Position numbers and translations under genes: made by a program
Shown: positions 15,712 to 24,661 of the stretch, in pieces
How the letters are laid out: each line of letters begins with the position of its first letter
How positions within the stretch are numbered: position 1 is the stretch's first letter
Notes under the pieces: model-generated
The model's input: only the letters and a program-made list of their open reading frames with translations
Database searches by the model: none
What the model was told of the DNA's origin: nothing
Source: Acidobacteriota bacterium
GTDB lineage: Bacteria; Acidobacteriota; Thermoanaerobaculia; Multivoradales; UBA5704
Reading direction: 5' to 3'
Assembly (NCBI GenBank): GCA_040005235.1
Contig: JBDTZG010000049.1
Coordinates: 1 to 39,728 of the forward strand
DNA: 39,728 nucleotides

Positions 15712-16694
15712 GCGCGCCTGAGACCCCCGCCGCTTTGGCCCGTACCCACGCCTTCGTCTTTCCCGGCCAGGGGGCGCAGAAAGTGGGGATGGGGCGCGCC
15801 TGGGCCGACGTTTCGGCGGCCGCCCGCGACGCGTTCGCCGAGGCCGACGAAGCGCTCTCGATGCCGCTCTCGAAGCTCTGTTGGGAAGGCCCCGAAGACC
15901 AGCTGAATCTGACCGCCAACACCCAGCCGGCCCTGCTCGCGACCTCGATCGCGATCCACCGCGCGCTGCTCGAAACCGGCACGCCGTTTGCGCCCGTCGC
16001 TTTTGCCGGGCACTCGCTGGGCGAATGGTCTGCCCAGGTCGCCGCCGGTGCGCTCGATTTCGCCACCGCCCTGCGTTTGGTGCGGCGGCGCGGCGAGCTG
16101 ATGCAGGAGGCCGTGCCGATCGGAGTGGGCGGAATGGCCGCGATCATCGGCATGGATTTGGAGGCGATCGCCGCGGTCGCCGCCGACGCGACGGCCCATC
16201 ACCCCGGCGAGGTCTGCGCGGTCGCGAACCTGAACGGCCCGGGCCAGACCGTGCTCGCCGGCCATCGCACCGCGATCGACCGCGCGGTCGAGCTGGCGAA
16301 GGCGCGCGGCGCGCGCAAGGCGACGATTCTCGCCGTTTCGGCGCCGTTCCATTCGCCGCTGATGAAACCGGCGCGCGAAGGAATGGCGGCACTGCTCGCG
16401 ACGACCGAGGTGCGCGACCCGGCGGTGCCGGTGATCACCAACGTCGACGCCCTGCCGGTCACCTCTGGAGAGGCCGCGCGCGACGCGTTGATCCGCCAGA
16501 TCGACCATGGCGTGCGCTGGGTCGAGGTGGTGCGCTACATGGCCGAGCAGATGGGCGTCGGCCTGGTCATCGAGGTCGGACCGGGAACCGTGCTCGCGGG
16601 GCTCAATCGGCGGATCGTCGACGGCATCCGGGTCGCCTCCACGGCTGAGCCGGCGCAGCTCGAAAAGCTGCTCGCGATGACCGAAGAAGGCTGA
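15708..16694 (+). CDS. fabD: Malonyl-CoA:ACP transacylase
   Basis: FVFPGQGAQ, TQPALL, GHSLGE, VSAPFHS, EVGPG; ATGA-coupled to plsX. Confidence 0.96.
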   Translation: MSAPETPAALARTHAFVFPGQGAQKVGMGRAWADVSAAARDAFAEADEALSMPLSKLCWEGPEDQLNLTANTQPALLATSIAIHRALLETGTPFAPVAFAGHSLGEWSAQVAAGALDFATALRLVRRRGELMQEAVPIGVGGMAAIIGMDLEAIAAVAADATAHHPGEVCAVANLNGPGQTVLAGHRTAIDRAVELAKARGARKATILAVSAPFHSPLMKPAREGMAALLATTEVRDPAVPVITNVDALPVTSGEAARDALIRQIDHGVRWVEVVRYMAEQMGVGLVIEVGPGTVLAGLNRRIVDGIRVASTAEPAQLEKLLAMTEEG

Positions 16695-16713
16695 ATCGGA
16701 GAGGGAGACACGC

Positions 16714-17460
16714 ATGGAAGGCCGACTGTCAGGCAAAACCGCCCTGGTCACCGGGGCTTCGCAGGGGATCGGCGAGGCGATCGCCACCCGCCTCGCCGCC
16801 GAGGGGGCGAAAGTGGTCGTCGCCGCCCGGAATGCCGAGAAGCTCGCGGCGCTCGTCGCCACGATCGAGTCGGCCGGCGGGCAGGCGCACGCTCTCACGC
16901 TCGACGTCGCGGATCCGGCGTCGATTCCGGAGCGATTGAAGGAGCTGCCGGAGGAATTCGCCGCGATCGACATCCTGGTCAACAACGCCGGCATCACCGC
17001 GGACAACCTGCTGCTGCGCATGAGCCTGGACGATTGGGAGCGGGTGCTGCGCACCAATCTCACCGGGGCGTTCGCGCTCACCAAGGAGCTGGTGCGCGGC
17101 ATGATGAAGAAGCGGTGGGGCCGGGTGATCTCGGTCTCTTCGGTCGTCGGCCTGATGGGCAACGCCGGCCAGGCGAACTACGCCGCCTCGAAAGCGGGGC
17201 TGATCGGGTTTTCCAAGTCGGTCGCGCGCGAGCTGGGGAGCCGGAACCTGACGGTCAACGTCGTCGCCCCCGGCTACATCGAAACCGCCATGACCGACGC
17301 TCTGCCGGAGGCGAACCGCGCCGAGCTGGCGAGCCAGATCGCGCTCAAGCGGCTGGGGCAGGTGGCGGACATCGCCGGGGTGGTGGCGTTCCTGGCGAGC
17401 GAAGACGCCGCCTACATCACGGGCGAGACGATCAACGTCTCCGGCGGGCTCTACATCTGA
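16714..17460 (+). CDS. fabG: 3-oxoacyl-ACP reductase
   Basis: [27 protein letters not shown]. Confidence 0.96.
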   Translation: MEGRLSGKTALVTGASQGIGEAIATRLAAEGAKVVVAARNAEKLAALVATIESAGGQAHALTLDVADPASIPERLKELPEEFAAIDILVNNAGITADNLLLRMSLDDWERVLRTNLTGAFALTKELVRGMMKKRWGRVISVSSVVGLMGNAGQANYAASKAGLIGFSKSVARELGSRNLTVNVVAPGYIETAMTDALPEANRAELASQIALKRLGQVADIAGVVAFLASEDAAYITGETINVSGGLYI

Positions 17461-17623
17461 CGGCTTTGGCTCAAATCGCAGGTTGGAAGCGGCTTTTCGG
17501 CTCTTGGGCGACCTGATAACCGGCGTTCGGCGTGGACGGGCCGAGAGGTTTGTGTTAGAAACCTGCGCCGACGGATTCGGTCACAAAGGTCCATTTCCCG
17601 TTCAAAATAGGAGGGCAGCACTC

Positions 17624-17869
17624 ATGGCGGTCATGGAAAAAGTCAAGGGCATCATCGTCGAACAGCTCGGCGTCGACGAAGAGGAGGTCACGATGGAAGC
17701 GAGCTTTACCGATGACCTCGGCGCGGATTCCCTCGACATCGTCGAGTTGGTCATGGCCTTCGAGGAAGAGTTCGGCATCGAGATCCCGGACGAGTCGGCC
17801 GAGAAGATCGCTACGGTTCGGCAGGCCGTCGAGTACATCGAGGCGAACGCCGGAGAGCCGAAGAATTAG
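17624..17869 (+). CDS. acpP: Acyl carrier protein
   Basis: AGGAGG RBS; [21 protein letters not shown]. Confidence 0.97.
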   Translation: MAVMEKVKGIIVEQLGVDEEEVTMEASFTDDLGADSLDIVELVMAFEEEFGIEIPDESAEKIATVRQAVEYIEANAGEPKN

Positions 17870-17938
17870 TTTCACCGGGCCTCCAGGCTGTCTAAGGCCT
17901 CGCCCACAAGTTTTCCGTCAACTGCCGAGCCCACTCGA

Positions 17939-19198
17939 TTGAGCCTACCGAACCGTCGTCGTGTCGTCGTCACCGGTGTCGGCCTCGTCTCCCCGGTGGG
18001 GATCGGGACCGCCGAGACCTGGGCGGCCCTGCTCGCGGGCAAAAGCGGGATCGCGCCGATCACCAAGTTCGATACCGCCGAGTATCCCACCCGCTTCGCC
18101 GGCGAGGTGAAGGGGTTCGATCCGCTCGCCTTCTTCGAGAAGAAGGAGGTCAAGAAGAGCGACGCCTTCATCCACTTCGCGGTGGCGGCGGCGCAGTTCG
18201 CGATCGAGGATTCCGGCCTGGTCATCCATGACGGCAACGCCGAGCGGGTCGGGGTCAACATCGGCTCCGGCATCGGCGGCCTGCCGCTGATCGAGTCCAC
18301 CCACAAGACGCTGCTCGAACGGGGCCCCAGCCGGGTCTCGCCGTTCTTCATCCCCGGATTGATCGTCAACATGGCCGCCGGCCTGGTGTCGATCCGCTGG
18401 GGGGCCAAAGGTCCGAACACGGCGCCCTGCACCGCCTGCACGACCGGTCTTCACGCGGTGGGCGACGCCTTTCGCTTCATCCAGCACGACGACGCGGACG
18501 CGATGATCGCGGGCGGCGCCGAGGCGGTGGTGAGCCCGCTCGCCGTCGCCGGGTTCTCGGCGATGCGCGCGCTTTCTACCCGCAACGACGATCCGGAGAG
18601 AGCCTCGCGCCCGTGGGATCGCGATCGCGACGGGTTCGTGATCGGCGAAGGGGCGGGAATCGTGGTGATGGAAGAGCTGGAGCACGCCAAAAGGCGCGGC
18701 GCGTCGATCTATGGCGAAGTCGTGGGCTATGGCATGAGCGCGGACGCCTACCACATCTCGGCGCCCCACCCGCAAGGGGACGGCGCCGCGCGGGTGATGA
18801 AGATCGCGCTCGCAGATGCCGGGATCGCTCCCTCGGAGGTGGGCTACATCAACGCCCACGGCACCTCGACCGAGCTGGGCGACCTCGCCGAGGTCCATGC
18901 GGTCAAAAGGATCTTCGGCGACCACGCGTACAAGCTTGCGGTCTCGTCCACCAAGTCCTCGACCGGCCACCTGCTCGGCGCGGCGGGCGGCTTGGAGATG
19001 GGCATCCTGGCCCTCTCGATGCGCGACCAGATCCTCCCCGCCACGATCAACTTCGATCATCCCGGCGAGGGGTGCGATCTCGACTTCGTGCCCAACACGC
19101 CCCGCCCGACCGATCTCGAATACGCGATCACCAACTCGTTCGGCTTCGGCGGCACCAACGGCGCGGTGATCCTGAAGCGCTACCGCGACGAGCCGTAG
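17939..19198 (+). CDS. fabF: Beta-ketoacyl-ACP synthase II
   Basis: RRVVVTG, TACTTG, NAHGTST, KSSTGHLLGAAG, NSFGFGGTN; TTG start. Confidence 0.96.
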   Translation: MSLPNRRRVVVTGVGLVSPVGIGTAETWAALLAGKSGIAPITKFDTAEYPTRFAGEVKGFDPLAFFEKKEVKKSDAFIHFAVAAAQFAIEDSGLVIHDGNAERVGVNIGSGIGGLPLIESTHKTLLERGPSRVSPFFIPGLIVNMAAGLVSIRWGAKGPNTAPCTACTTGLHAVGDAFRFIQHDDADAMIAGGAEAVVSPLAVAGFSAMRALSTRNDDPERASRPWDRDRDGFVIGEGAGIVVMEELEHAKRRGASIYGEVVGYGMSADAYHISAPHPQGDGAARVMKIALADAGIAPSEVGYINAHGTSTELGDLAEVHAVKRIFGDHAYKLAVSSTKSSTGHLLGAAGGLEMGILALSMRDQILPATINFDHPGEGCDLDFVPNTPRPTDLEYAITNSFGFGGTNGAVILKRYRDEP

Positions 19199-21441
19199 GC
19201 AGCGCCGACCTCGCGGTCGAAAAACTCCGTCATCATTTGGAAGTAGTGGATCTGGCCGTCGCCGCGAATGCCGTGCTTCTGGCCCGGCAGGGCGAGGTCC
19301 TCGTAGGAGAGGTGCGCCTTTTGGAACGCCCGGATCATGTTCCAGGTGTTCTGGGGGTGGACGTTGTCGTCGGCCGTGCCATGGACGATCAGCAGCCGGT
19401 CCTTGAGGTTCGCCGCAGCGGTCACCGCCGAGGAGAGCCGGTACCCCTCGGGATTCTCCTCGGGCGTGTCGAAATAGCGCTCGGTCCAGATCGAGTCGTA
19501 GAGCTGCCAGTCGGTGACCGGAGCGCCGGCCACCCCCGCCTTCCAGGTGCCGGGCGAGTGAAGCAGCGAGTAGAGCGTGTTCGAGCCGCCGCCCGACCAC
19601 CCCCAGAGGCCGAGGCGCCCGGCATCCACCCACGGCTGGCCTTTTAGATAATCGACCCCGGCCAGTTGCCCGGCCAGCTCCAGCTCGCCGAAGCGGCGGT
19701 GCAGGCGGATCTCGCCCTTCTTGCCGAAGAAGAGCGAGGCCTGGTTGTCGACGCTCCAGACGGCGTAGCCGCGCGCAGCCATCCACTTGTTCCAGGAGCC
19801 TCCCCAGCGATCGATCACCACCTGCGAGGCCGGGCCGCCGTAGTGGTAGGTGAGAACCGGGTATTTCTTGGCCGGATCGAATCCGGCCGGCCTGAGCAGC
19901 CGGGCGGGAAGTGTTGAGCCTTCCGGCCCCGGGACGGTGAGGAACTCATATTTCGGCAGGCCCGCCGGATCGATCGTCGGCGGATTGGACGGAAGGTGAA
20001 CGGCGGCCTCCCGGCCGTCCGGGCCGATCAGGCGCAGCAGAGGCGGCGTGTCGGCGTCGCTATAGGTATCCACCCACCAGCCGCCGGAAGGTGCCACGGT
20101 CGCGGTATGCCAGCCGCGGCCATCGGTCAGGAATCTGGGATCCGAGCCGTCGAGCCGAACCGAAAACACGTGCCGCTGGGCCGCGGCGAGCAGCGGGGAG
20201 GTCGCATAGCCGGTACAGGTCACCACCCCTCGGGCCTCGTCGATGCCGTCGAGCGAGTCGTGGACCCAGCCGGCGGGGGTGACCGCACCGAGCACCTTGC
20301 CGAGGGCGTCATAGAGATAGAGCCGGCGGGCACCTTCGCGCTCGGAGCTCCAGAGGAATCGGCCGTCCTTGAGCGGTCGGAAGTCGTTGCCCAGATTGAC
20401 CCAATCCGGATCGCGATCGCTCACGAGCACGCTGCACTTGCCCGTGGCGGGTACGCATCGCAGGAGGTCCAGCTCCGTCTGGTCGCGGTTCAGCCGCTCG
20501 ATCGCGAGCCAGGAGCCGTCCTTCGACCAAGCGGCACGGGCGAGATAGTCACCCGGCGCGCCGCCGGTCTCCATCCAGATCGTCTTGGCCGAAGCAGAGG
20601 CCGTATCGCGGACGCCGATTTTCACGTTGGGATTCGGCTGGCCGGGGAGCGGGTATTTCTGCCAGCGCACGGTGGCCTGGCGGGGTACGTCGTCGATCAG
20701 CGGATAGACCCCTACGGGAGTCTCGTCAAAACGGTAGAACGCGATGTGCCGCCCGTCCGGGTTCCACCAGAAGCCGGTCGAGTCGCGATTCCAGATCTCT
20801 TCCCAATAGACCCAGTCGGTCTCGCCGTTCAATGTCACGTTCTCTTTGCCGTCGCGGGTCTGCCGCACCTCCCGACCGGTCGCGGAATCGAGCGTCCATA
20901 GGTCGTGATCGCGGACGAACGCGACCCGCCCGCCTTTGGGGGAGATCATCGCTCCCTCTTCCTCGGCGGCGGTTCGGGTGAGCCTACGCGGCGCAGCGCC
21001 GGGAAGGGCGAGATAGAGATTGCCGTTGGAGACGACGAAAAAGCCCTTCCCCTCCGGCAGCCAGGAGACTTCGCCGACGCTCGGGGGCGTCGGGACCGCC
21101 GGGGGCGTCGGGGACTCCGGAGACATCGAGTCGGTCTTTTCCTTCAGCGTTTCCTTGGGTTCCGCCAGCTCCGCCCCGGAGAGACGCTTTTCGACCTTGC
21201 CGGTCGCGGGGTCGAGCACCCACAGCGCCTCGCCCTGTCCGTCGTCCCATAGGTAGCTCAGATGCGCGCCGTCGGGCGACCAGGTCAACTGCGTTGGGAG
21301 CTTGCCCCAGGCGGTCGGCGCGAGCAGCTCTTCGATCGTGGGGAGAGCGCCTTTGGCCGCCGGGGTTTCGGCGGCCAGAGCGGTCCCGGCGACGGTAGCG
21401 GCGAGCAGCAGAGCGAAAACGGAACGGGAAGCGATGGCCAT
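19180..21441 (-). CDS. S9B dipeptidyl peptidase IV family protein, secreted
   Basis: Signal peptide from ATG 21441; DWVYWEEI, YGGP, GWSGGG nucleophile, HGTADDNVH, QKHG. Overlaps the fabF 3' end by 19 nt. Confidence 0.93.
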   Translation of the reverse strand: MAIASRSVFALLLAATVAGTALAAETPAAKGALPTIEELLAPTAWGKLPTQLTWSPDGAHLSYLWDDGQGEALWVLDPATGKVEKRLSGAELAEPKETLKEKTDSMSPESPTPPAVPTPPSVGEVSWLPEGKGFFVVSNGNLYLALPGAAPRRLTRTAAEEEGAMISPKGGRVAFVRDHDLWTLDSATGREVRQTRDGKENVTLNGETDWVYWEEIWNRDSTGFWWNPDGRHIAFYRFDETPVGVYPLIDDVPRQATVRWQKYPLPGQPNPNVKIGVRDTASASAKTIWMETGGAPGDYLARAAWSKDGSWLAIERLNRDQTELDLLRCVPATGKCSVLVSDRDPDWVNLGNDFRPLKDGRFLWSSEREGARRLYLYDALGKVLGAVTPAGWVHDSLDGIDEARGVVTCTGYATSPLLAAAQRHVFSVRLDGSDPRFLTDGRGWHTATVAPSGGWWVDTYSDADTPPLLRLIGPDGREAAVHLPSNPPTIDPAGLPKYEFLTVPGPEGSTLPARLLRPAGFDPAKKYPVLTYHYGGPASQVVIDRWGGSWNKWMAARGYAVWSVDNQASLFFGKKGEIRLHRRFGELELAGQLAGVDYLKGQPWVDAGRLGLWGWSGGGSNTLYSLLHSPGTWKAGVAGAPVTDWQLYDSIWTERYFDTPEENPEGYRLSSAVTAAANLKDRLLIVHGTADDNVHPQNTWNMIRAFQKAHLSYEDLALPGQKHGIRGDGQIHYFQMMTEFFDREVGAAYGSSR

Positions 21442-21575
21442 CGGGGTTCTCCGCGAATGCGTTCGATAGGATGCCTGCCAGGAGGAATTGGCCAAAGCAT
21501 AGCGCGTCGGCAACTTTTCCCTGCGGGCCTACGTAAGGAGTGCGGAGCGTAGGTTTCACCCGAGGAGGAGCAGCG

Positions 21576-22784
21576 ATGAACGCCACCCCCAGAATCTCCC
21601 GTTATGCCGCCCTGCTGGCGGTTCCGATCCTCTTTGCCGTGGTAGCCCAGGCCGCCCAAGCCGATGACCTCGGGCGGCGTTCGTTCCGCGTCCAACTGCC
21701 GGCATCGGCGGGCGACCAGCCGATCCGTCTCGCCAACCTCGCCGGCCGGATCGAGATCGTGCCGGGCACGGCCGATCCGATGAGCATCGAAACGACGGTC
21801 TACGCCCAAGGCAAGGACGGAGTGGAGACCCAAGACCTGCTGCAGCGCGTCAAGTGGGTGAAGGGCCGGGACGCCAAAGGGCGCGAAGAGTGGGCGCTCT
21901 CGTATCCGGTCGACACCTATCGCGGCTTCCACTATCCCAGCTCAAAGAACACCGATGACGACGTGCCGTCGTTTTTGAGCGGCATGTTCGACGGCGCCAC
22001 TTCCACCCTGTACCGGGGCGAGAAGGTGCGCGTCTACGGTTCGCGCCGTTCGGGCATTCCGACGCTCTACGCCAACGTGCGCATCGCGATGCCCCCCTCC
22101 GCCAAGATCTACGTCCGGAACGTCGTCGGACCGGTCGACGGCGCGAATCTGAGCGGCGATCTGGTCATCGACACCGGCTGCGGCGACGTCAAAATCGCCT
22201 CATTCGACGGGCATCTGGTCATCGACACCGGTTCGGGCGACGTCAAAGTGGGCACGGCGCGGGGCGAAAGCTCGATCGACACGGGGTCCGGCGACGTCGT
22301 GGTCGCCCACCTGATCGGCAACAGCGCGATCGACACGGGCTCGGGCGACGTGCGGGTGGAAGGCGTCTCGGCCGGCAAGCTCGCGATCGACACCGGCTCG
22401 GGCGACGTGAGCGTGAAGAACGGCGCCGCCGGCCGCCTGGTCGCCGACACCGGCTCCGGCTCGGTCGAGGTGCTCGGCGTCGAGCTCGAAGAGCTGGTGG
22501 CCGAAACCGGCTCGGGCGACGTATCGGTGCACAGCTCGCTCGCCAAGACGCGCAAGATGTCGATCGAAACGGGTTCGGGAGAAGTGTCGATCAAAGGCGG
22601 TCAGTCCGCCTCGTTCGACATCTCGTCGGATCAGGGCAGCGGCCGGCTGAACGTCGGCTACAGCGACGCGGTTCTCCGGAAGGACGGCCACAAAGTGATC
22701 GGGGCCAAGCGCCTGAACGGCCAGACCGCCATCCATGTCGAAACCGGCAGCGGCGACTGCACGATTTCGCCGAATCAGATGTAA
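21576..22784 (+). CDS. Secreted DUF4097 / putative adhesin beta-strand repeat protein
   Basis: GGAGGAG RBS, signal peptide, about 10 (D/E)TGSG(D/S/E)V-type repeats at about 19-aa spacing. Confidence 0.85.
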   Translation: MNATPRISRYAALLAVPILFAVVAQAAQADDLGRRSFRVQLPASAGDQPIRLANLAGRIEIVPGTADPMSIETTVYAQGKDGVETQDLLQRVKWVKGRDAKGREEWALSYPVDTYRGFHYPSSKNTDDDVPSFLSGMFDGATSTLYRGEKVRVYGSRRSGIPTLYANVRIAMPPSAKIYVRNVVGPVDGANLSGDLVIDTGCGDVKIASFDGHLVIDTGSGDVKVGTARGESSIDTGSGDVVVAHLIGNSAIDTGSGDVRVEGVSAGKLAIDTGSGDVSVKNGAAGRLVADTGSGSVEVLGVELEELVAETGSGDVSVHSSLAKTRKMSIETGSGEVSIKGGQSASFDISSDQGSGRLNVGYSDAVLRKDGHKVIGAKRLNGQTAIHVETGSGDCTISPNQM

Positions 22785-22819
22785 GCGAAGGGCACGATCG
22801 GTAGGAGTTTTACCGAAAA

Positions 22820-22842
22820 GACCGCCCGGTTCGCCGGCGGTC
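22820..22842. terminator. GC-rich hairpin between convergent genes
   Basis: gaccgcccggttcgccggcggtc; on the minus strand it is followed by TTTT. Confidence 0.4.
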
Positions 22843-22875
22843 TGCCGTTGTCGCGAGGTTGCGCCACGCGGCGCC

Positions 22876-24651
22876 TTACCGCTCCAGATGAATCCGTCGC
22901 TGGAGATGCGCCGATACCTGGGACCGCTCCGCCCAGGCCGCTTCACGGATCTCCGCAGGCTGATCGCGCAACCAAGCCCTCTGTTCTCTCAGTCGCCGGG
23001 TGCTATTGAGGTCTTTCGAGATCGCATAGCGGATCCTCCCCTTGGAGTCGATGACCAGCGTCGACCCGCCGAAGAAGTACCCTTCGCGAACCTTCTTTTT
23101 CTGGACGACCTCCGCGACGAGATCGATCTTGACGCTTCGATCCGGCGCCACTCGGCGGAGGGTTCTCATGGACATGATCGCGGCCGGTAGAACCGTCGCG
23201 GAGGGCTCGACCAGGCCGAATTGCGGACCCTGCTCGGAGTTGCAGATCGCTCGCCCGAGCGCCTCGGCCGCTACGCGGAGCGACTCTCGGTTCTGCCCCC
23301 AGTCGATCTGCCCGTGATCGGCTTCGAGCGAAAGGCGCTCGAAACGAAGGGCTTCGATTTCAACGGCCGGATCGACTGGCCGCCAAAGCAGAGAGCGTTC
23401 GGAGAGATCCATCACGTCGGGGACCGTGATGCCGAAGCGGCGAAACGAGGTAACCAGAGACTCGCGATAGGCCCAGGGGTCTTGGGGAACGAGCTCGAAA
23501 TCGGCCGTGATCATCGCCCGCAGATACTCGCCGAACGTGCAGTGATGGGAGGGGCAGTAATCGATTGCGCGAAGAAGGATGCTTAAGAACTGCTCCGCAA
23601 GCCGAGACGCCTCACCGGCCAAGAGCTCAATTCCCTCCGCCGGAAGGCGGCCTTGATACGATGCGAAGACCCTGCGCAGGGTCGCCGTTTTTCGCTTGTA
23701 GACCCGCCGATAGGCCTCGAACACCGCGGAGAGGAGGACCGAGCCGAGGTCGTGTTCCTCCTTGCGAGGGTCGTAGAGGAGGTCTTTGTCGAGGATGCGC
23801 TCGTTGAGGTCGGTCGTCCGGAGCGCCGTGCGCAACGGATTTCGGCCGTCGAGCAGATCGAAGCCGAATTGCCGGCCGATCGCCGCCAGCTGATCGTCCT
23901 CAATCGACCCCTGCGTCCGTTCGAGGGCGAGAGTGAGCGACTTCGGCTGCGCAAAGTGCAGGAATACTGCGACCAAATCACCAAATGCCTCGTGGAGGGC
24001 GCCGACGTCCGGATGGGTCGGGCGCAGGAAGTTCGGCCGCAGCCCGTCGAGGAGAGCATGGCTCACCTCGTGGGCGACCACGTCGTGAGAGAGCCCTAGA
24101 AAGACGTGCCCTCCCGGCTGGCTCCGCCCCTGTGCGAACTTCCTCGCGTGGTCCCAGCCGAGGAGCACCGCCCCTTCCTCGCGATCGTAATAGGCGTTCG
24201 CGTCCTTGAAAGCGCGCGGCACGATGCGCAACCTGCCGTCCTCGTGCGGGATCGGCCCGAACCCCGGGTTGCGGCCGAGCGCCTGCGCGAACCGTGCGTA
24301 GGTCTCCATCGCGACTGCGTAGACCATCTGGCAGGTGAAGGCGCGATCGGTGGTGCTCGGATCGAGCCCGTCTCGCATCAGCAACTCGGGACGATCGAGA
24401 TCGACGGCAGGGTACTCCTTGAGATGGTCGCGGTCGGAGTCGACTACCACGAAGTAGCTACCGGCCGGACCGGGCTCGAGGCGCTCGTTGTCGATCTCCA
24501 GGGTGGAGATGGCGCCATCGAGCTGACCGAGACTTGGGTCCTGGGTGAAGACCCGTAGCCGACGAACCGGCGGATGGCCCTTTGGAGGCTCCTTCCAACA
24601 CGGTAGCTCGCGCGTCAGATAGCGATGGACGATGAAGCTCCAAGCGGCCAT
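22876..24651 (-). CDS. Cytoplasmic gluzincin (M4/M36-like) metallopeptidase
   Basis: NAYY, HDVVAHEVSHALLDG, downstream LHEAFGD third ligand, EEHDLG; no signal peptide. Confidence 0.8.
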   Translation of the reverse strand: MAAWSFIVHRYLTRELPCWKEPPKGHPPVRRLRVFTQDPSLGQLDGAISTLEIDNERLEPGPAGSYFVVVDSDRDHLKEYPAVDLDRPELLMRDGLDPSTTDRAFTCQMVYAVAMETYARFAQALGRNPGFGPIPHEDGRLRIVPRAFKDANAYYDREEGAVLLGWDHARKFAQGRSQPGGHVFLGLSHDVVAHEVSHALLDGLRPNFLRPTHPDVGALHEAFGDLVAVFLHFAQPKSLTLALERTQGSIEDDQLAAIGRQFGFDLLDGRNPLRTALRTTDLNERILDKDLLYDPRKEEHDLGSVLLSAVFEAYRRVYKRKTATLRRVFASYQGRLPAEGIELLAGEASRLAEQFLSILLRAIDYCPSHHCTFGEYLRAMITADFELVPQDPWAYRESLVTSFRRFGITVPDVMDLSERSLLWRPVDPAVEIEALRFERLSLEADHGQIDWGQNRESLRVAAEALGRAICNSEQGPQFGLVEPSATVLPAAIMSMRTLRRVAPDRSVKIDLVAEVVQKKKVREGYFFGGSTLVIDSKGRIRYAISKDLNSTRRLREQRAWLRDQPAEIREAAWAERSQVSAHLQRRIHLER

Positions 24652-24661
24652 CGCCTGACTC

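Noticed and set aside
19180-19198. 19-nt convergent overlap of fabF and the S9 peptidase
   Set aside because: Short 3' overlaps are common and imply no special function.
22160-22590. Regular ~57-nt repeats resembling an array
   Set aside because: Degenerate coding repeats (DTGSGDV) within the DUF4097-like gene; not CRISPR, and no cas genes are present.
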